A stretch of 63,549 nt of DNA, filler included, from Octopus bimaculoides (GCF_001194135.2; 8 parts of 8 records of this genome joined end to end with filler, not necessarily neighbours in it), one strand, 5' to 3'. Counted from the first letter of the whole stretch, positions 25,546 to 38,755 are shown. Program-made: numbers and translations. Notes: generated by a model from the letters alone, not told the origin.

Positions 25546-25984
25546 CAACAGCATCGCCATTACTGCTAACTCCTCCGCCACCAGCATCTACATTACAAAT
25601 ACAAACCACATACTCAACCAGAATGCATGCGTTGCTGTCGACTTGCAAGAAACAGCAGTTCAATCAGCCTCAAATCAATACATCATCACCCCATTATAAA
25701 AGTATTGCACATTGAATGTGTGGTCCTGGATATATGAATAAACTGGATGGCTACAGTTGTAACCTCTGTGATTATAGATCTCTTGTGTCAAAGCTGAACT
25801 TGGATGAAAGAACAACTGTAAAATATAACAGCAATACACGAGTTAATGCATGAGTTCCTCTGTGATGGTTCAACCTGCTAGAAATAGCAGCTAACTTTCT
25901 AAAGCCGTTGACAAACGTCATATAAAATTACAGAAAAAAGTAGATGATGCAAGTTTACTTTCTTCTAATATTACGATTTAGTAA

Positions 25985-26410
25985 AGCAACTAAGTGGGAG
26001 AATCATTAGCACGCCGGGCTAAATGCTTAGAGGTATCTCGTCCGTTTTCTGAGTCCAAATTCCGCCGAGGTCGACTTTGCCTTTCATCCTTTCGGGTCGA
26101 TGAAATAAGTGCGAGTTGAGGAGTGAGGTCGATCTTAATCTATTTATCCCCTTCTTCAAAATTGCTGGCCTTGTGTCAAAATTTTAAATTAATATTATGT
26201 GTTATTACAAAGCAGCGAGCTGGCAGAAACGTTAACACACCAGGAAAAATGCTTCCACCTTTATGTTCTGAGTTCAAATTCCACCGAGGTCCACTTTGCT
26301 TTTGATTCTTTCGGGGCCAATAAAAAAAGTACCAGTTAAACAGTGGGGTCGATATAATCAACTTACCTCCTCCCCGAAAATCTAAGGCATTGTGCCTATA
26401 ATAGAAAGGA
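25985..26410 (+). mobile_element. two tandem SINE copies (about 25985-26190 and 26214-26410)
   Basis: Both contain TTCTGAGT(C/T)CAAATTCC(G/A)CCGAGGTC(G/C)ACTTTGC.TT..AT.CTTTCGGG. Confidence 0.85.
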
Positions 26411-27139
26411 AAATTTCTCGTCCATAACGAGGTGTGTGGCTTTAATCATGTATCTGATTGATCAGGGTTGATTCAATGTTAAAGACCAACAAAAACAATA
26501 CGGCTGTACAAGCTATAAGAACTACTGCAAGTAAAACAACAATCACTACGACAAAGTACAAGAAGATGTCATCAGGAGTGAGTTTGACTTCGTAACTTCT
26601 CGAATGTTTTCGTAACTACGCAGTCTCAAGCTGGTATAGGTAGCCTCTCGGCTCTCACACCCTTGACCCATTGAAGGGAGATGGAGAGACAAGGCTGCAC
26701 TAGCACCAAGCTGGTACTCAATACACCTGGGTACACTGGAGTACTGAATTGCCTTGCTCATTTGATAGTGCAAGATATGTGGAGGAGGAGATCCTTTTGT
26801 TTATTTTATTTTTCTTTTATTTCTATTTAAAAAAAAAAATTTTGTTAAAATTATTTCCGGCATCCATCGACCAGTTGAATAGATCCTTTGCGTCGGGATC
26901 ATCTTGTAATCTCATGATACAAAATTGGAAATGTAAATGTAAGATAGTATCCTGTAAAACTGTAAAATACCAAGAATGATACAATGTTTTGCACTTCCTG
27001 AACGCGTAAATAATTTCAAGGTAATATAGTGGAATTACCAAGACAGTCGAAAATGAAAACACTGAATTAAAACTAGAAACAAAAAACAAAATGAAAAACG
27101 AAAAAGGAGAGAAATAAAAGAAAATATATATATAGTCAA

Positions 27140-27295
27140 TTTAAACATGAACAAGCAAGAAAAAAACATGAAGAAACACGAAAAAACAACGCGAGGACGT
27201 AGTATAAGTACAGTGTTATTGGAAGCTCAGGAAAGGAAAGAAAAGAAAGAGGATTTAACGTTTCGATCGGAGATCTTCGTCAGAAATATACATAT
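27140..27295 (-). mobile_element. Penelope-like terminal repeat (pLTR) fragment
   Basis: Shares AACATGAACAAGCAAGAAAAA..GAGGACGTAG.ATAAGTACAGT.TTATTGGA..CTCAGGAAA with 36447-36518 and carries a hammerhead motif. Confidence 0.65.
27253..27287 (-). ncRNA. minimal type I hammerhead ribozyme motif (Penelope-type)
   Basis: Minus strand ATTT-CTGACGA-A-GATC-TCC-GATC-GAAA-CG-TT-AAAT. It has an intact core, 4-bp stems I and II, and a palindromic minimal stem III. Confidence 0.7.
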
Positions 27296-28869
27296 ATGTA
27301 TGAATGTATGTATGTAAATAAAAATTGTGCATTAAGTAACAAGACATCACCAACGAGTGAACAAAACGTAAACACATAATGAGCGACAAGCACGGGACAA
27401 AATACCAAAAGAAGTCTAACTCCTCCGCAGTTGTCAACTTAAAATAGCCTTAAAATCTCTCTTTCTCTTTCTTCCTTTCCAGATATGTACATTTTTTCTT
27501 TTTGTCTGTCTGTCAGTCGGTATGTACATATGCATGTATGTCTACCCACACAAACACCAACACATAAATCTATAAACACGTATAGTTGTAATATTATTTG
27601 AGAAACTTCAAAATGAACTGTGTTAAAAATAACAATAAAAGACGGCATCACGAAAATTTATTTGAATTTATCTCCAGTGAAAGATTTTTATATCGCTCCT
27701 ATTTTGAAGTAATCGTCTTATTCCATACGTAGTAATAAAGAAAGAAAAGGTAAAATTTGCTATGAAAGGGACTATTTTACGTCGAAATATCTGTTCTATA
27801 ACCAAGTTAGTGAGGCATTGTAGTGAAATAAACTATCACACGTGTTCTGTATTTCCTTATTAATTCATTTAACTCACAATTCTGTACGCATACGCACATA
27901 CATTCTCATGCATGTGCGTATGTAGTGTTTATATGAAGCGGAGATTGCGAGATGTCTATGAGTATGTAAGCATGTATATATACATGGACAAAATTTACAG
28001 ATTTACAGACGGACAATATTTGGACAATTTATTAGAGAATTTACTTTCGCAAGAAAGAGAGGGCTGTTTGTTCCAGAAATTGCAAGAGATTTCTCTATCT
28101 ATGAAAAATACATGAAAAAACAATCCCTCTATTTTTTTTATCAGAGGCGTAAGAAATCATGTTTTCGATTCATGTTATTTGTAAACTATCTTATAACTAA
28201 ACACACTTCAATGATTTAGATGTATAGCTATATTTATGAGTGGGCGTTTGCGTAAGTATAGATACAACTGATGTTATAAATACATGTGTGTGTTTATATG
28301 TACAAACATGCACACACGCTCACATGCACACATACAGGCACACACAACACATATACACGTATATTTTAAGAAAAATTGAGTGCGGTTAGATGTATACGTG
28401 TGTGCGTGCGCGCGTGTGTGTGTGTCTGCCTGTCTGTGTGTGTGTATGTGTGTGTCTGTGTGTGTGTGTGTGTTTGCAGGACATGCGTCAGGGTTTCCAA
28501 TCCCAGCTTCCTGTGTAGTTAACACACTCAATGAACTAAATACCAAGCAAACCAACATAGGAAATACGATTTGGTCGTTTCCACTATCGACTAACTGTAA
28601 TTCAGAATTATGTTAACTATGTTTTGAAGTAAGCCCAAGAAAGAAGTTTTGGGTCAGTCACTGCAACCAACACAACAGCATTCTTAGACACATGAAATGG
28701 CTCCAGCCAGAAGGGTACTTCAAATGATCAAGCACATTCCTTTATTGGATGTTCATCTGTGAAGCTTTAGGCCTAATGACTCTACTGTCTCTTCTCTCTC
28801 TCTCTCTCTCTCAGACTCACATACTTCACCCACGACATTATACACGCATATATATGTATATATATGTGT

Positions 28870-28913
<44 letters not shown>

Positions 28914-29207
28914 TTATTTATTTATACACACACACATACTTATATACATACATATGTGTACATATACATATAAAGACACACACACATAGATACATATATA
29001 CATATACATATAAACACACATACACATATATATAGAGAGAGGAAAAACTAAAAATGGAGACGAGGTTAAACACACCAACACCGGTGATGGGGACAAACAC
29101 AAACACACGCGCACACACATGATTAACGAAGAAGAATGGAGTGTGATTAAATCAGTGAGATGTCGGATATAATACTCCCTTGTGAGGATACGATATCCTC
29201 GCATTGA

Positions 29208-29256
<49 letters not shown>

Positions 29257-29282
29257 CATCTATCTATCTATCTATCCATCTA

Positions 29283-29322
<40 letters not shown>

Positions 29323-29699
29323 NNNNNNNNNNNNNNNNNNNNNNNNNNNNNNNNNNNNNNNNNNNNNNNNNNNNNNNNNNNNNNNNNNNNNNNNNNNNNN
29401 NNNNNNNNNNNNNNNNNNNNNNNNNNNNNNNNNNNNNNNNNNNNNNNNNNNNNNNNNNNNNNNNNNNNNNNNNNNNNNNNNNNNNNNNNNNNNNNNNNNN
29501 NNNNNNNNNNNNNNNNNNNNNNNNNNNNNNNNNNNNNNNNNNNNNNNNNNNNNNNNNNNNNNNNNNNNNNNNNNNNNNNNNNNNNNNNNNNNNNNNNATA
29601 TATATATATATATAATAAGGGTGAAAAATTGAATATAAATTTGATTAATATCAATTCAAAACTAGTGGCCTAGCATATTGAAAAGTCTGAAGATAACTA

Positions 29700-30240
29700 G
29701 CGATAAAATGAAGAAATTAGTCGACACCAACCACTTTATATGACCAGGATGAACCACTTTATATGACCAGGATGATCGTAGATATTCTACAATTATCCAA
29801 ATCGATTGTTGAAACCGTCAGCACCAATTAGGTAGCGTCAGCAAGCTCGATGTTCGGGTCAACATCACTTAAGGCAGGTTAACCTCGACCAACGCACTGC
29901 CATCTGTGATTCATTGCAGAAACGTGAAGAAAACGATCCTTTCTGACGGGAATAGTGACATGGGACCAAAGTGAATCGTCTATAGCAATGTGGAGTGCAA
30001 AGGATCTTGGGGCAAGCATGGTGAATCGCTACAAACAATTTCCAAAGCAGGACTTCGCTAGAGAAAGATAATGCTTTCAATTTGCTGGTACTAGAAGGGT
30101 GTTCTTTTTTACGAGTTCCTTCCCACAGACAGAGCTATCAATTCGGATGTGTATTTGGGCAAATTAAAAGCAGCGATCCACCAGAAACGTGTAGCACTTA
30201 CTAATTGCAAGGGTACTGTGTTTCATTATGAATAACGCCC
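29700..30240 (+). mobile_element. mariner transposase remnant
   Basis: Motifs across frameshifts: ICDSLQKREENDPFLTGIVTWD, IVYSNV, KIMLSICW, KGVLFYEFLP, FHY.NAP. A 23-bp tandem duplication lies at 29729-29774. Confidence 0.88.
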
Positions 30241-30282
30241 TAAATTTGCTGGCCTTATGCTAAAGTTTGAAACCATTATTTC

Positions 30283-30495
30283 GGCGAAGTAGCAGAATGG
30301 TTCACACACCGGACAAAATGCTTAGCGTTAATTATTTCGGTTTTATAGTCTGAGTTAACATTCTGTCGAGGTTGACTTTACATTTCATCATTTCGAGGTC
30401 GATGAAATGAGTACCAATCAAGCACTGTGGTCCATGTAATTCAACTAGCTCCCCACTCCACCCAAATTACAGGCACTATGTCTACAATTGAGATG
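30283..30495 (+). mobile_element. SINE (Meta/MESC-like core family)
   Basis: GGCGAAGTAGCAGAATGG..GAGGTTGACTTTACATTTCATCATTTCGAGGTCGATGAAATGAGTACC. Confidence 0.8.
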
Positions 30496-30725
30496 GATAT
30501 TTTGTATAGTTTGCGGCTAAATGCTTCCACGAAGAATATTCTTGTTATATGACAGCTTCATTCCTTTCATTAATATCTTATATATATGCATGTATGTATG
30601 TATGTATGTATGTATGTATGTATGTATGTATGTATGTATGTATGTTGCACCCACACATGTATACATGCATGTATTTATCCATGTATGAATGTATATATAT
30701 ATATATACATACACACACACATACA

Positions 30726-30759
<34 letters not shown>

Positions 30760-30823
30760 TCTACATGCGTGTGTCTGTGGTGCCATCTACTCATATTACA
30801 AATAAATGAACACTTACATTCAT

Positions 30824-30942
30824 ATATGTGGCCCTATCACGTTGAAAACATCGGTTCTCGTCCGATCACCGAAGTTTTGCAACGTCGAACCTAATTAGTA
30901 CTTAGATGGGTGACCCCTTGGGAAACGTAGGTGCTGTAAACA
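30824..30942 (+). pseudogene. 5S: 5S rRNA pseudogene, full length
   Basis: GGCCCTATCACGTTGAAAACATCGGTTCTCGTCCGATCACCGAAGTTTTGCAACGTCGAACCTAATTAGTACTTAGATGGGTGACC..GGGAAACGTAGGTGCTGTA aligns end to end with metazoan 5S. Box A is mutated (AGTTTTGC) and there is no oligo-T terminator. Confidence 0.9.
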
Positions 30943-32668
30943 TAATAATTAAGGCGGTGCTCCAGCATGGCCGTAGTCAAATGACTGAAACAAGTAAAAG
31001 AAGTAAATAATATATATATATATATATATTCATACGTACATACATACACACACACGCACATACATACATACATACATACATACATACATACATACATACA
31101 TACATACATACTAAAAAACCCAAACATGCTACACGTATGAATGAAGTTTGGTAAACATAACAGCTAGACTTCTTACAACTGTCTTTCTATAACGAACTAA
31201 ATTCTCCACTCTAAAATCCAATTGAAACAAAAAGATCGAATACTCGTGATATTTACACTATGTTTTTACTTTGATCTCTTTCTGGCCGTTCGTGTGTTCC
31301 CGGGAACAAATATGTCATCACGTGAGTGTAACTTGTTGAATGAGTGAATGGATGAATGTTTGTATGCATATATATCCGTGTATATTCGTGTCTATATATG
31401 TGAGTAGGTGGACGAGTGTTTGCGTGCGTGTGTTTGTCTCTGTATGTATGTGTGTGATCACCGACTTCTTAAGAAATTCTGCGATTAAATTTAGCATATA
31501 TTACAATGTCAGCATCTGTGGGACTTCATGTAAGTGTCTGTCACTTCTTTAAACATCTAAACAGGATCTATTTTGACCCATGTATTCCGTCATGGGATAG
31601 TGTGTGAATGTATGTGGGAGTGTCTGTGCATATGTCTCTGGTGTTCATGTGTGTGTGTTTGTTTGTTTTTACATTTGTGTGACGGTTTATCTGTATATAT
31701 GCGTGTGTAGCACTTGTTTTTTGTATGTGTGTTTTTGTGTATATCTATCATAAGAAACCAAACCGAAAGCTCAGAAGAAATGGAAAACTAAAAGAATAAT
31801 AGATATAAAAATTAAACAAAAATATTGTCCCCACAAATAAATATGTATATAAATTGATAAAAATAAGATTCCCAGTTGACAGTATTTCGAATTAAGACCA
31901 CCCAAACCGAAGTTGAGCAAAGGCAAAGTGAGAAGAGGTAGGAAGTGAGGAGAGCGGAGGAGGACATTGAAGGTAGATGATGGCGGGAAGGGAATAAAGT
32001 CGGAGAAAGAGAAAAAAAACTCCGTGGTTCAACATTGTGGGAAATATCTACGTTTTATTTAAAGTCTTTGCAGTATGAAACAGATATATCGCTTATTGTT
32101 TTTGTTAATAATTTGCATATTTTAAATTTATTTGTATTTTCTTCTCGGTGATATGTTTTTACCCAATGTCAAAATAGAACAAATAACAATTATGAAAATA
32201 ATTATGAAAACAATTATAAAAGACAGTTATAGAAGAGTATGGCTTCTTATGCAGCAAAAAAGAAAAACAAACTTTTCTCTGATTTATAAAGAACAGAATA
32301 TGAGATCTTGTCACTTCCATTCTTTTCTAAAGAGCAATTCTGATCGAGGGAAAATAATTCAGCTTGGATTGCCGACTCTAAACACAGGAGGCTAGAATAG
32401 CAAAAAAAAACAAAACAAAAAAAAAACAAACACCGACAATGTGTGAAGAACAATTTCAGGAAAAATAGAACTCAAAATAGAGTATATGTATTTTTATTAA
32501 TAGCTAATAGTAGCAACAGAGTGACTCAAGGTCCGACAGTTACACTGTTGCGTCTGCTAAATATTAATNNNNNNNNNNNNNNNNNNNNNNNNNNNNNNNN
32601 NNNNNNNNNNNNTTAATTAATTAANNNNNNNNNNNNNNNNNNNNNNNNNNNNNNNNNNNNNNNNNNNN

Positions 32669-35600
32669 ATATGAAAGACGGTTTCAAAATGCGAAGGTCT
32701 TTTAGAGACGGTCATTGACTTGACCGGTTTCACTTTTTTTAGAAAAAGATTATCAAAACTAAAATGTAAAGCTTTGTATAAGCTTTGTTGTGTTAAGTGC
32801 TGGTTATCACAAAAGTATTAAAATACAGTTATACAGTCTTTGATAAGGATAAGAAAATGTTAAAAACAGTTTACAAGAAAGTATTCAAGAAAGAGACTAC
32901 AATAATTATTCTGAGTTCAATAAAAATCATGTTTGTTTGGTAGTATATATACACAGAAGGAGATATATTTAAGAATTTACAAAAAATTGTGGAGGAATAA
33001 CTGATCTGTTTGTCTGACATTTTCTGTCTTGTGTGTAGCTAAGGAATGTTTGCTATTTTAAGGGACAGTGTGGGAGGCTGGTTGGGGAAGGAAGACCAGA
33101 CTAACACACACCAAAATACCGCAGAAATCATTTTTTTAGGCCAGGGCAACAGAATCCATGACACCAGATGGTAGACACCAACCCTGAAGAACCAAAAAAT
33201 AGTGAATCTCTCAAACCTAAACCTGTCAACCCAGCAAATCAAAATCCTTTCCAAAGGACTAAAATTCACTCCAACCCCATAATACCCTAACCTGAGTGAA
33301 AAACAGAATGATGTCTCTCACAGAAAATTACGCCTCACAGATGAATTTTTTGACAAGGAAATTAATAACGATGAATTAATGGTTTGCAACAAGAGCAGTT
33401 ATAATCTCACAAAAGGCAAAAACAAAACTTTGGACAAATTTTGTGACTACATTTCAAACTTTTCTCATAGTGAACATCCACATCCTAAACCCAAACCCAA
33501 TACTAGCCAAAAGGAATAGAAATTCATCTATGAGTTACAAAACAATCATGACATCACAATCAAGGAAACAGATAAGGGTAGTACTGTCATCATTATGGAT
33601 ACTGAACTATACAAAAACTCTGTATCTCACCTCTTACAAGATACTACCGACTATGAAAGAGTAGCCAACTATCAACAATCAAAAGCAGTTACCAAATTAA
33701 ATACTTTCATTTGCCAACATCGAAATAGCTTAACGGTAAACAAATTTCAATTGCAAAACCAGTAACCTCTCCGGGCTTCCAAAAATCCACAAGAGCAAAA
33801 TAATTACAGAAGTTCGCAAAAATTCCACTTTAAACTTGCATCACTGTACCACATCCCACTGATCTCAAACTGAGACCAATTGTGGCAGGCCCAAACTGTG
33901 AAACACACAGATTAAGCAACTTCATCGACATACTCTTAAAACCAATACTTAAACACATACCAAGGATTGTAAGAGATGACCTGGACCTACTAAATCATCT
34001 CCCCAAATATACCGAGAAAGACATTTTCATTGTCTCCTTTGATGTAATAAACCTTTACACTACAATCCCACATCAATATGGACTGGAAGCCATTAAATTC
34101 TGGCTATAAAAATACTCCAATGAGGTCCCGAAAAGAATAAAATAGAATTTATCATCATTATGTTTATCCTCCAAAACAACTTATTGAATTTTAATAATTA
34201 TATCTACAGACAAGTGTCAGGGACTGCAATGGGTACTAAAGTTGCGCCAACTTATGCAAACCTGGTGATGGCCTACCTAGAATTACAAATTTATGAAGAA
34301 TCCAAATCAAAATACGGCCTGTCTTTCCACAAATACCTGTTGGAGAATTGGAAACGCTACTTGGGTGATTGCTCATCCTATAGTCCCACGTACTCGACGA
34401 ACTCAATGATTTTGAAAATTTAATCAACAGTGTCAACAACCATATCCAATTTACAATGGAATATAGCCAAGACCAACTTCCTTTTCTTGACATTCTTATA
34501 AAAAAAGCACGAACATTGAAACTGATATCCACTACAAACCAACTGATTCCAAACACTACCTTCTGTTCACCTCCAATCACCCAAAGCATACGAAGACAAC
34601 CACCCCCTTCAACCTAGCAAGAAGAATCTGTACAATTGCCTCAAATTATAGAACGCGAAATAAAAAAAAAACTCCAAGAACTAAAGGCAATAATTCTCGA
34701 AAGACATTAACCATATCTCTCAACACACAATCCAAGAAATGCAGAAACTTACACAATTATATACAAGAACATCCCACTACTGAGTCAAGACCTACGTCTA
34801 AAAAAGCACTTGAAACCCATAAAATAATAAAAAGCAAAAGACAACCCAAATCCTTAAAAAACCTACTCACCAATGCAAAATTACCCAACACACGCCCATC
34901 CCCCGCCGTCAAAAAATGTGGTCGTGCCAACTGCAGGACTTGCATCAACCTCATTGAAGGAACAATATACAAATTCCAGTCGGGACACACTTTTGTTGTA
35001 AAAGATAATTTCACCTGCGCATCAAAGAATTTACTTTATACCAAAAGGTGTGAAGGGTGTCACTAAGATTACATAGGGCAAACGAGTCTTACTCTCAGTG
35101 AAAGGATGACAGTCCAGCGCCAACAATTGAGGGACCCCGCCACAAGACAGATACCACTTAGTGGTCACTAAGATCTCTGTGCACAAAACAAGTCCCCCAT
35201 ATTCCTAGTTTTCCCACTACACCAATGCCCAGACAATAACACTGACCAAACACGAATAAATAGGGAAAATAATCTTATTCAAAAGTACAGACCGTAACTC
35301 AACATACTCTAACATACCACCGTCGGTACACACCCACAACAAACACACACAGAAAGACATACAGATGTACAAAAACACACACAAATACAAGGCAAACCTC
35401 CTACACAAACACAGACATACTTATACACACACGCACAAACACAATATCCCTACACTTGAGCACAAGCTCACAAGAAAAAACACATACATATATACATTTG
35501 CAATACGATTCTAGCAACTATAACCAACACACACACACATACATAAACACGGACATGCACACACCTACACACGCCACCCTGACAATTACAAATCACACTC

Positions 35601-36385
35601 ACACAAACACACCCATACATACACAGATAAACACACAAACACGCAAATACAACACAACACACACACACACACATGTATGCACACATATGCACACACTCAC
35701 AAACACAATATGCCCGTTCTCCAGTAAAAAATCACACACACACTCAAAAGAAAAAGATACATATACACACAATACAATCCCAACAATCACAACAAACACT
35801 CACAAACACACATAAACACTAGCATGCACACACACACAATGAAACACACCTCCCCGACAAATACAAGACACATAGACACACTCACACAAACAGACCCACA
35901 TGTATACACACACACTGCACTAACAATACTAACAAAACAAACCCTTCACAAATACAGCGCACACACACACCCGGAGACTACATAAACCATACCCACATAC
36001 ATGCACACACGCACAAACGCATACTCAGTACCAACATGCACAGAACGTACATGTACACACATACACACCCCCTGGACAAACGCAATACACATGGACACAC
36101 ACAGAACCCCCAATAAATACAACATACTCACACACACATACACATCGACACACCCACACACTCATACATATGCACCCTCACACACACATACGGTTGCTCA
36201 CACACACATTACCAAAGACTGTATAACTGTATTTTAATACGTTTCTGATAACCAGTACTTAACACAATAAAGTATATACAAAGCTTTACATTTTACTTTT
36301 GATAATCTTTTTCTAAAAAAGTGAAACCGGTCAAGTTAATAAACATCTCTAGAAGACCTTCGCATTTTGAAACCTTCTTTCATAT
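32669..36385 (+). mobile_element. Penelope-like element (probably Neptune-type) with inverted terminal repeats; degenerate RT and GIY-YIG ORF at about 33040-35310
   Basis: Motifs LSKGLKFTPTP, TDKG, GLPKIHK, LRPIV, SFDVINLYTTIP, GTAMGTKVAPTYANL, WKRYLGD, LPFLD, CGRANCRTC and YIGQT. 32669-32842 is the reverse complement of 36213-36385. Confidence 0.9.
35320..36210. repeat. long degenerate CA-rich microsatellite inside the Penelope-like element
   Basis: About 900 bp of interrupted ACAC/ATAC between the ORF end and the terminal repeat. Confidence 0.9.
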
Positions 36386-36519
36386 ATATTTTCACTCGAG
36401 CAGTACCTTACAACTTTACTTTGTTATATATATATGGTCAATCCAAACATGAACAAGCAAGAAAAATCAACAACGTGAGGACGTAGAATAAGTACAGTAT
36501 TATTGGACTCTCAGGAAAT

Positions 36520-36613
<94 letters not shown>

Positions 36614-37149
36614 CAAACACATACTGCTGCTGTCCAAAGGAATAGGTATAAAAGACAGAAAACCAGCCAGTCTATTACAGTCTGTTACAGTCTGTCATAC
36701 CGGCCATGATGAAATACCACAAGGTATAGAAAATACGTATTCGCCTTTATATATTTATATATTTAATCCTTTATATTGAACACTCAATATTTCATATATT
36801 CAATAAGACATATTCCATATATTCAATAAGACATTCAATACTTCATTTCATTGTACCATCCATCTTTTTTTATATTATATNNNNNNNNNNNNNNNNNNNN
36901 NNNNNNNNNNNNNNNNNNNNNNNNNNNNNNNNNNNNNNNNNNNNNNNNNNNNNNNNNNNNNNNNNNNNNNNNNNNNNNNNNNNNNNNNNNNNNNNNNNNN
37001 NNNNNNNNNNNNNNNNNNNNNNNNNNNNNNNNNNNNNNNNNNNNNNNNNNNNNNNNNNNNNNNNNNNNNNNNNNNNNNNNNNNNNNNNNNNNNNNNNNNN
37101 NNNNNNNNNNNNNNNNNNNNNNNNNNNNNATATATATATATATAATTCA

Positions 37150-37955
37150 AAAGCGCATTTGCCAGGCAAGTCATTTGGTCTAAGTCCATGTTCTGAAACT
37201 AAAAGGATTCTAGCATGGAACACACTTATTAGACATGCAAAAACACACTAAGACTGCTAACTTCACTTAAATATTTATTATTTCTTTTTCAAAAAAACTC
37301 ACAATTGCAGCCATTTGAAATTTACTGGACTTTGTCTGCGCCTTAACGTCATACCATGCAGCTTCAAACTGAATTCTCATCCCTCCTTCAAACAGCACAA
37401 CTCTACTCAATATCTTCTGAACATCACCAACATTCTCACTTGTACTTCCAAACAACTTATGAGAGCCACCATCCGCTCGCTATGCGCCCAGCGCGACCAC
37501 GTCACACAGGAAATCTCCTACTACCGTTCTCTTCTCACCTCTCTTTGCTCCACCACATCACTTCAGGCCATACTCCTTCAAACACGCCACCTGAATACCA
37601 AACTGTACGACTTCCTTGTTGCACAAAAGACACGCAAAATTCACTCACTCATCCTCCACCTCCCCACTTCTCCTGCCTCGCTCAACACCTCCATTATCTA
37701 CACCATCCGGAGCGATTTACCTCTCACTCATGCTTAACGAACTTTACTTAACAAAGGTCTTAATTTCATACCTCTCGAAAACACACCCGGTGAATTTGAC
37801 GCACGCGCCGATACAGTAAGTTTTCTCCGTCGGATCCAACTCAGGGCAATTTTCTACAACAGAAGCCCAGTTTCTCCAATTGAGAGCGACTTTACTACTC
37901 AAAAAGCGTTTCTTCAATTGGACACCAAACCCAGGATTACACCGTTCGTGGCACT
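37150..37955 (+). mobile_element. second Penelope-like element, 5' ORF fragment
   Basis: HLKFTGLCLRLNVIPCSF..., then LLNKGLNFIPL..EF..FSRRIQLRAIF, typical N-terminal PLE motifs as recalled. Confidence 0.7.
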
Positions 37956-38024
37956 CTATCGCTTACGGTGACGTGGGTTTCAGTTGATCCGATCAACGGA
38001 ACAGCCTGCTCGTGAAATTAACGA

Positions 38025-38205
38025 TAAAAGAAAATACAGGAGGATCATCTTATGATTTTATTCACCATAATTCCCTCTGGGATTCATACACTTATTGCAG
38101 CAGTCCTTCAGATTTCTAAGCCCTGTAAAAGAATTCAGATGGTTGAGTCTCCAGTCAGGCTTTTTGCCATACCCTTAAGGTCAGGAACTTGTCAACGCCA
38201 CCTCA
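38025..38205 (-). mobile_element. mariner-derived MITE fragment
   Basis: Minus strand AAGTTCCTGACCTTAAGGGTATGGC..CTGAAGGACTGCTGCAATAAGTGT..GGGAATTATGGTGAATAAAATC. A related end AAAGCCAGGAACTTTTCGGCA is at about 41566-41590. Confidence 0.55.
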
Positions 38206-38540
38206 TATACATTCTATTATGTCTTTTCCTTTAAAGAACAATATACTCTAAAATTCAAAGTAACATTATTTTATTAAACAGAAATACAACCAAACTGCAA
38301 AGTTTCAGCAGAAATATTGGTATGTCAGACATCAGACAGTAACAAATGAAGGTTAATAGTCGGTATTACAAGTATTACAGAATTTGGGAGGAGTTTAAGG
38401 TTGAAAAGGATGCTCCCAAAAGTTAGGTGTTGTTTTAACAAATGAAGGAAGATAAAGTGTTTATCAAATATGTTAGAATGGGAGGATAACATCATTAATG
38501 AGATAAGGTTAAACTATGGTAGTATTATTAAAGTTGTTAA

Positions 38541-38755
38541 GGCAGTGAGCTCACAGAATCGTTAGCATGCCAGGCAAAATGCTTGGCAGCATTTTGTCCA
38601 TCTTTACGTTCTAAGTTCAAAAGCCTCCAGGGTTGACTTTCATCATTTTGGGTCGATAAAATAAGTACCAGTTGAGCACTGGAGTTTATCTAATCAACTT
38701 AACTCCTCCCTCAAAATTTCCAGCCCTGTATCAAAAATTTGGAATCAATATTATT
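38541..38755 (+). mobile_element. SINE (Meta/MESC-like core family)
   Basis: GAGCTCACAGAATCGTTAGCATGCC..GGTCGATAAAATAAGTACCAGTTGAGCACTGG. Confidence 0.8.

Noticed and set aside
28475-28616. TTTGCAG acceptor followed by an open frame of about 44 codons
   Set aside because: No recognisable protein and no donor. The upstream tract is only a GT microsatellite.
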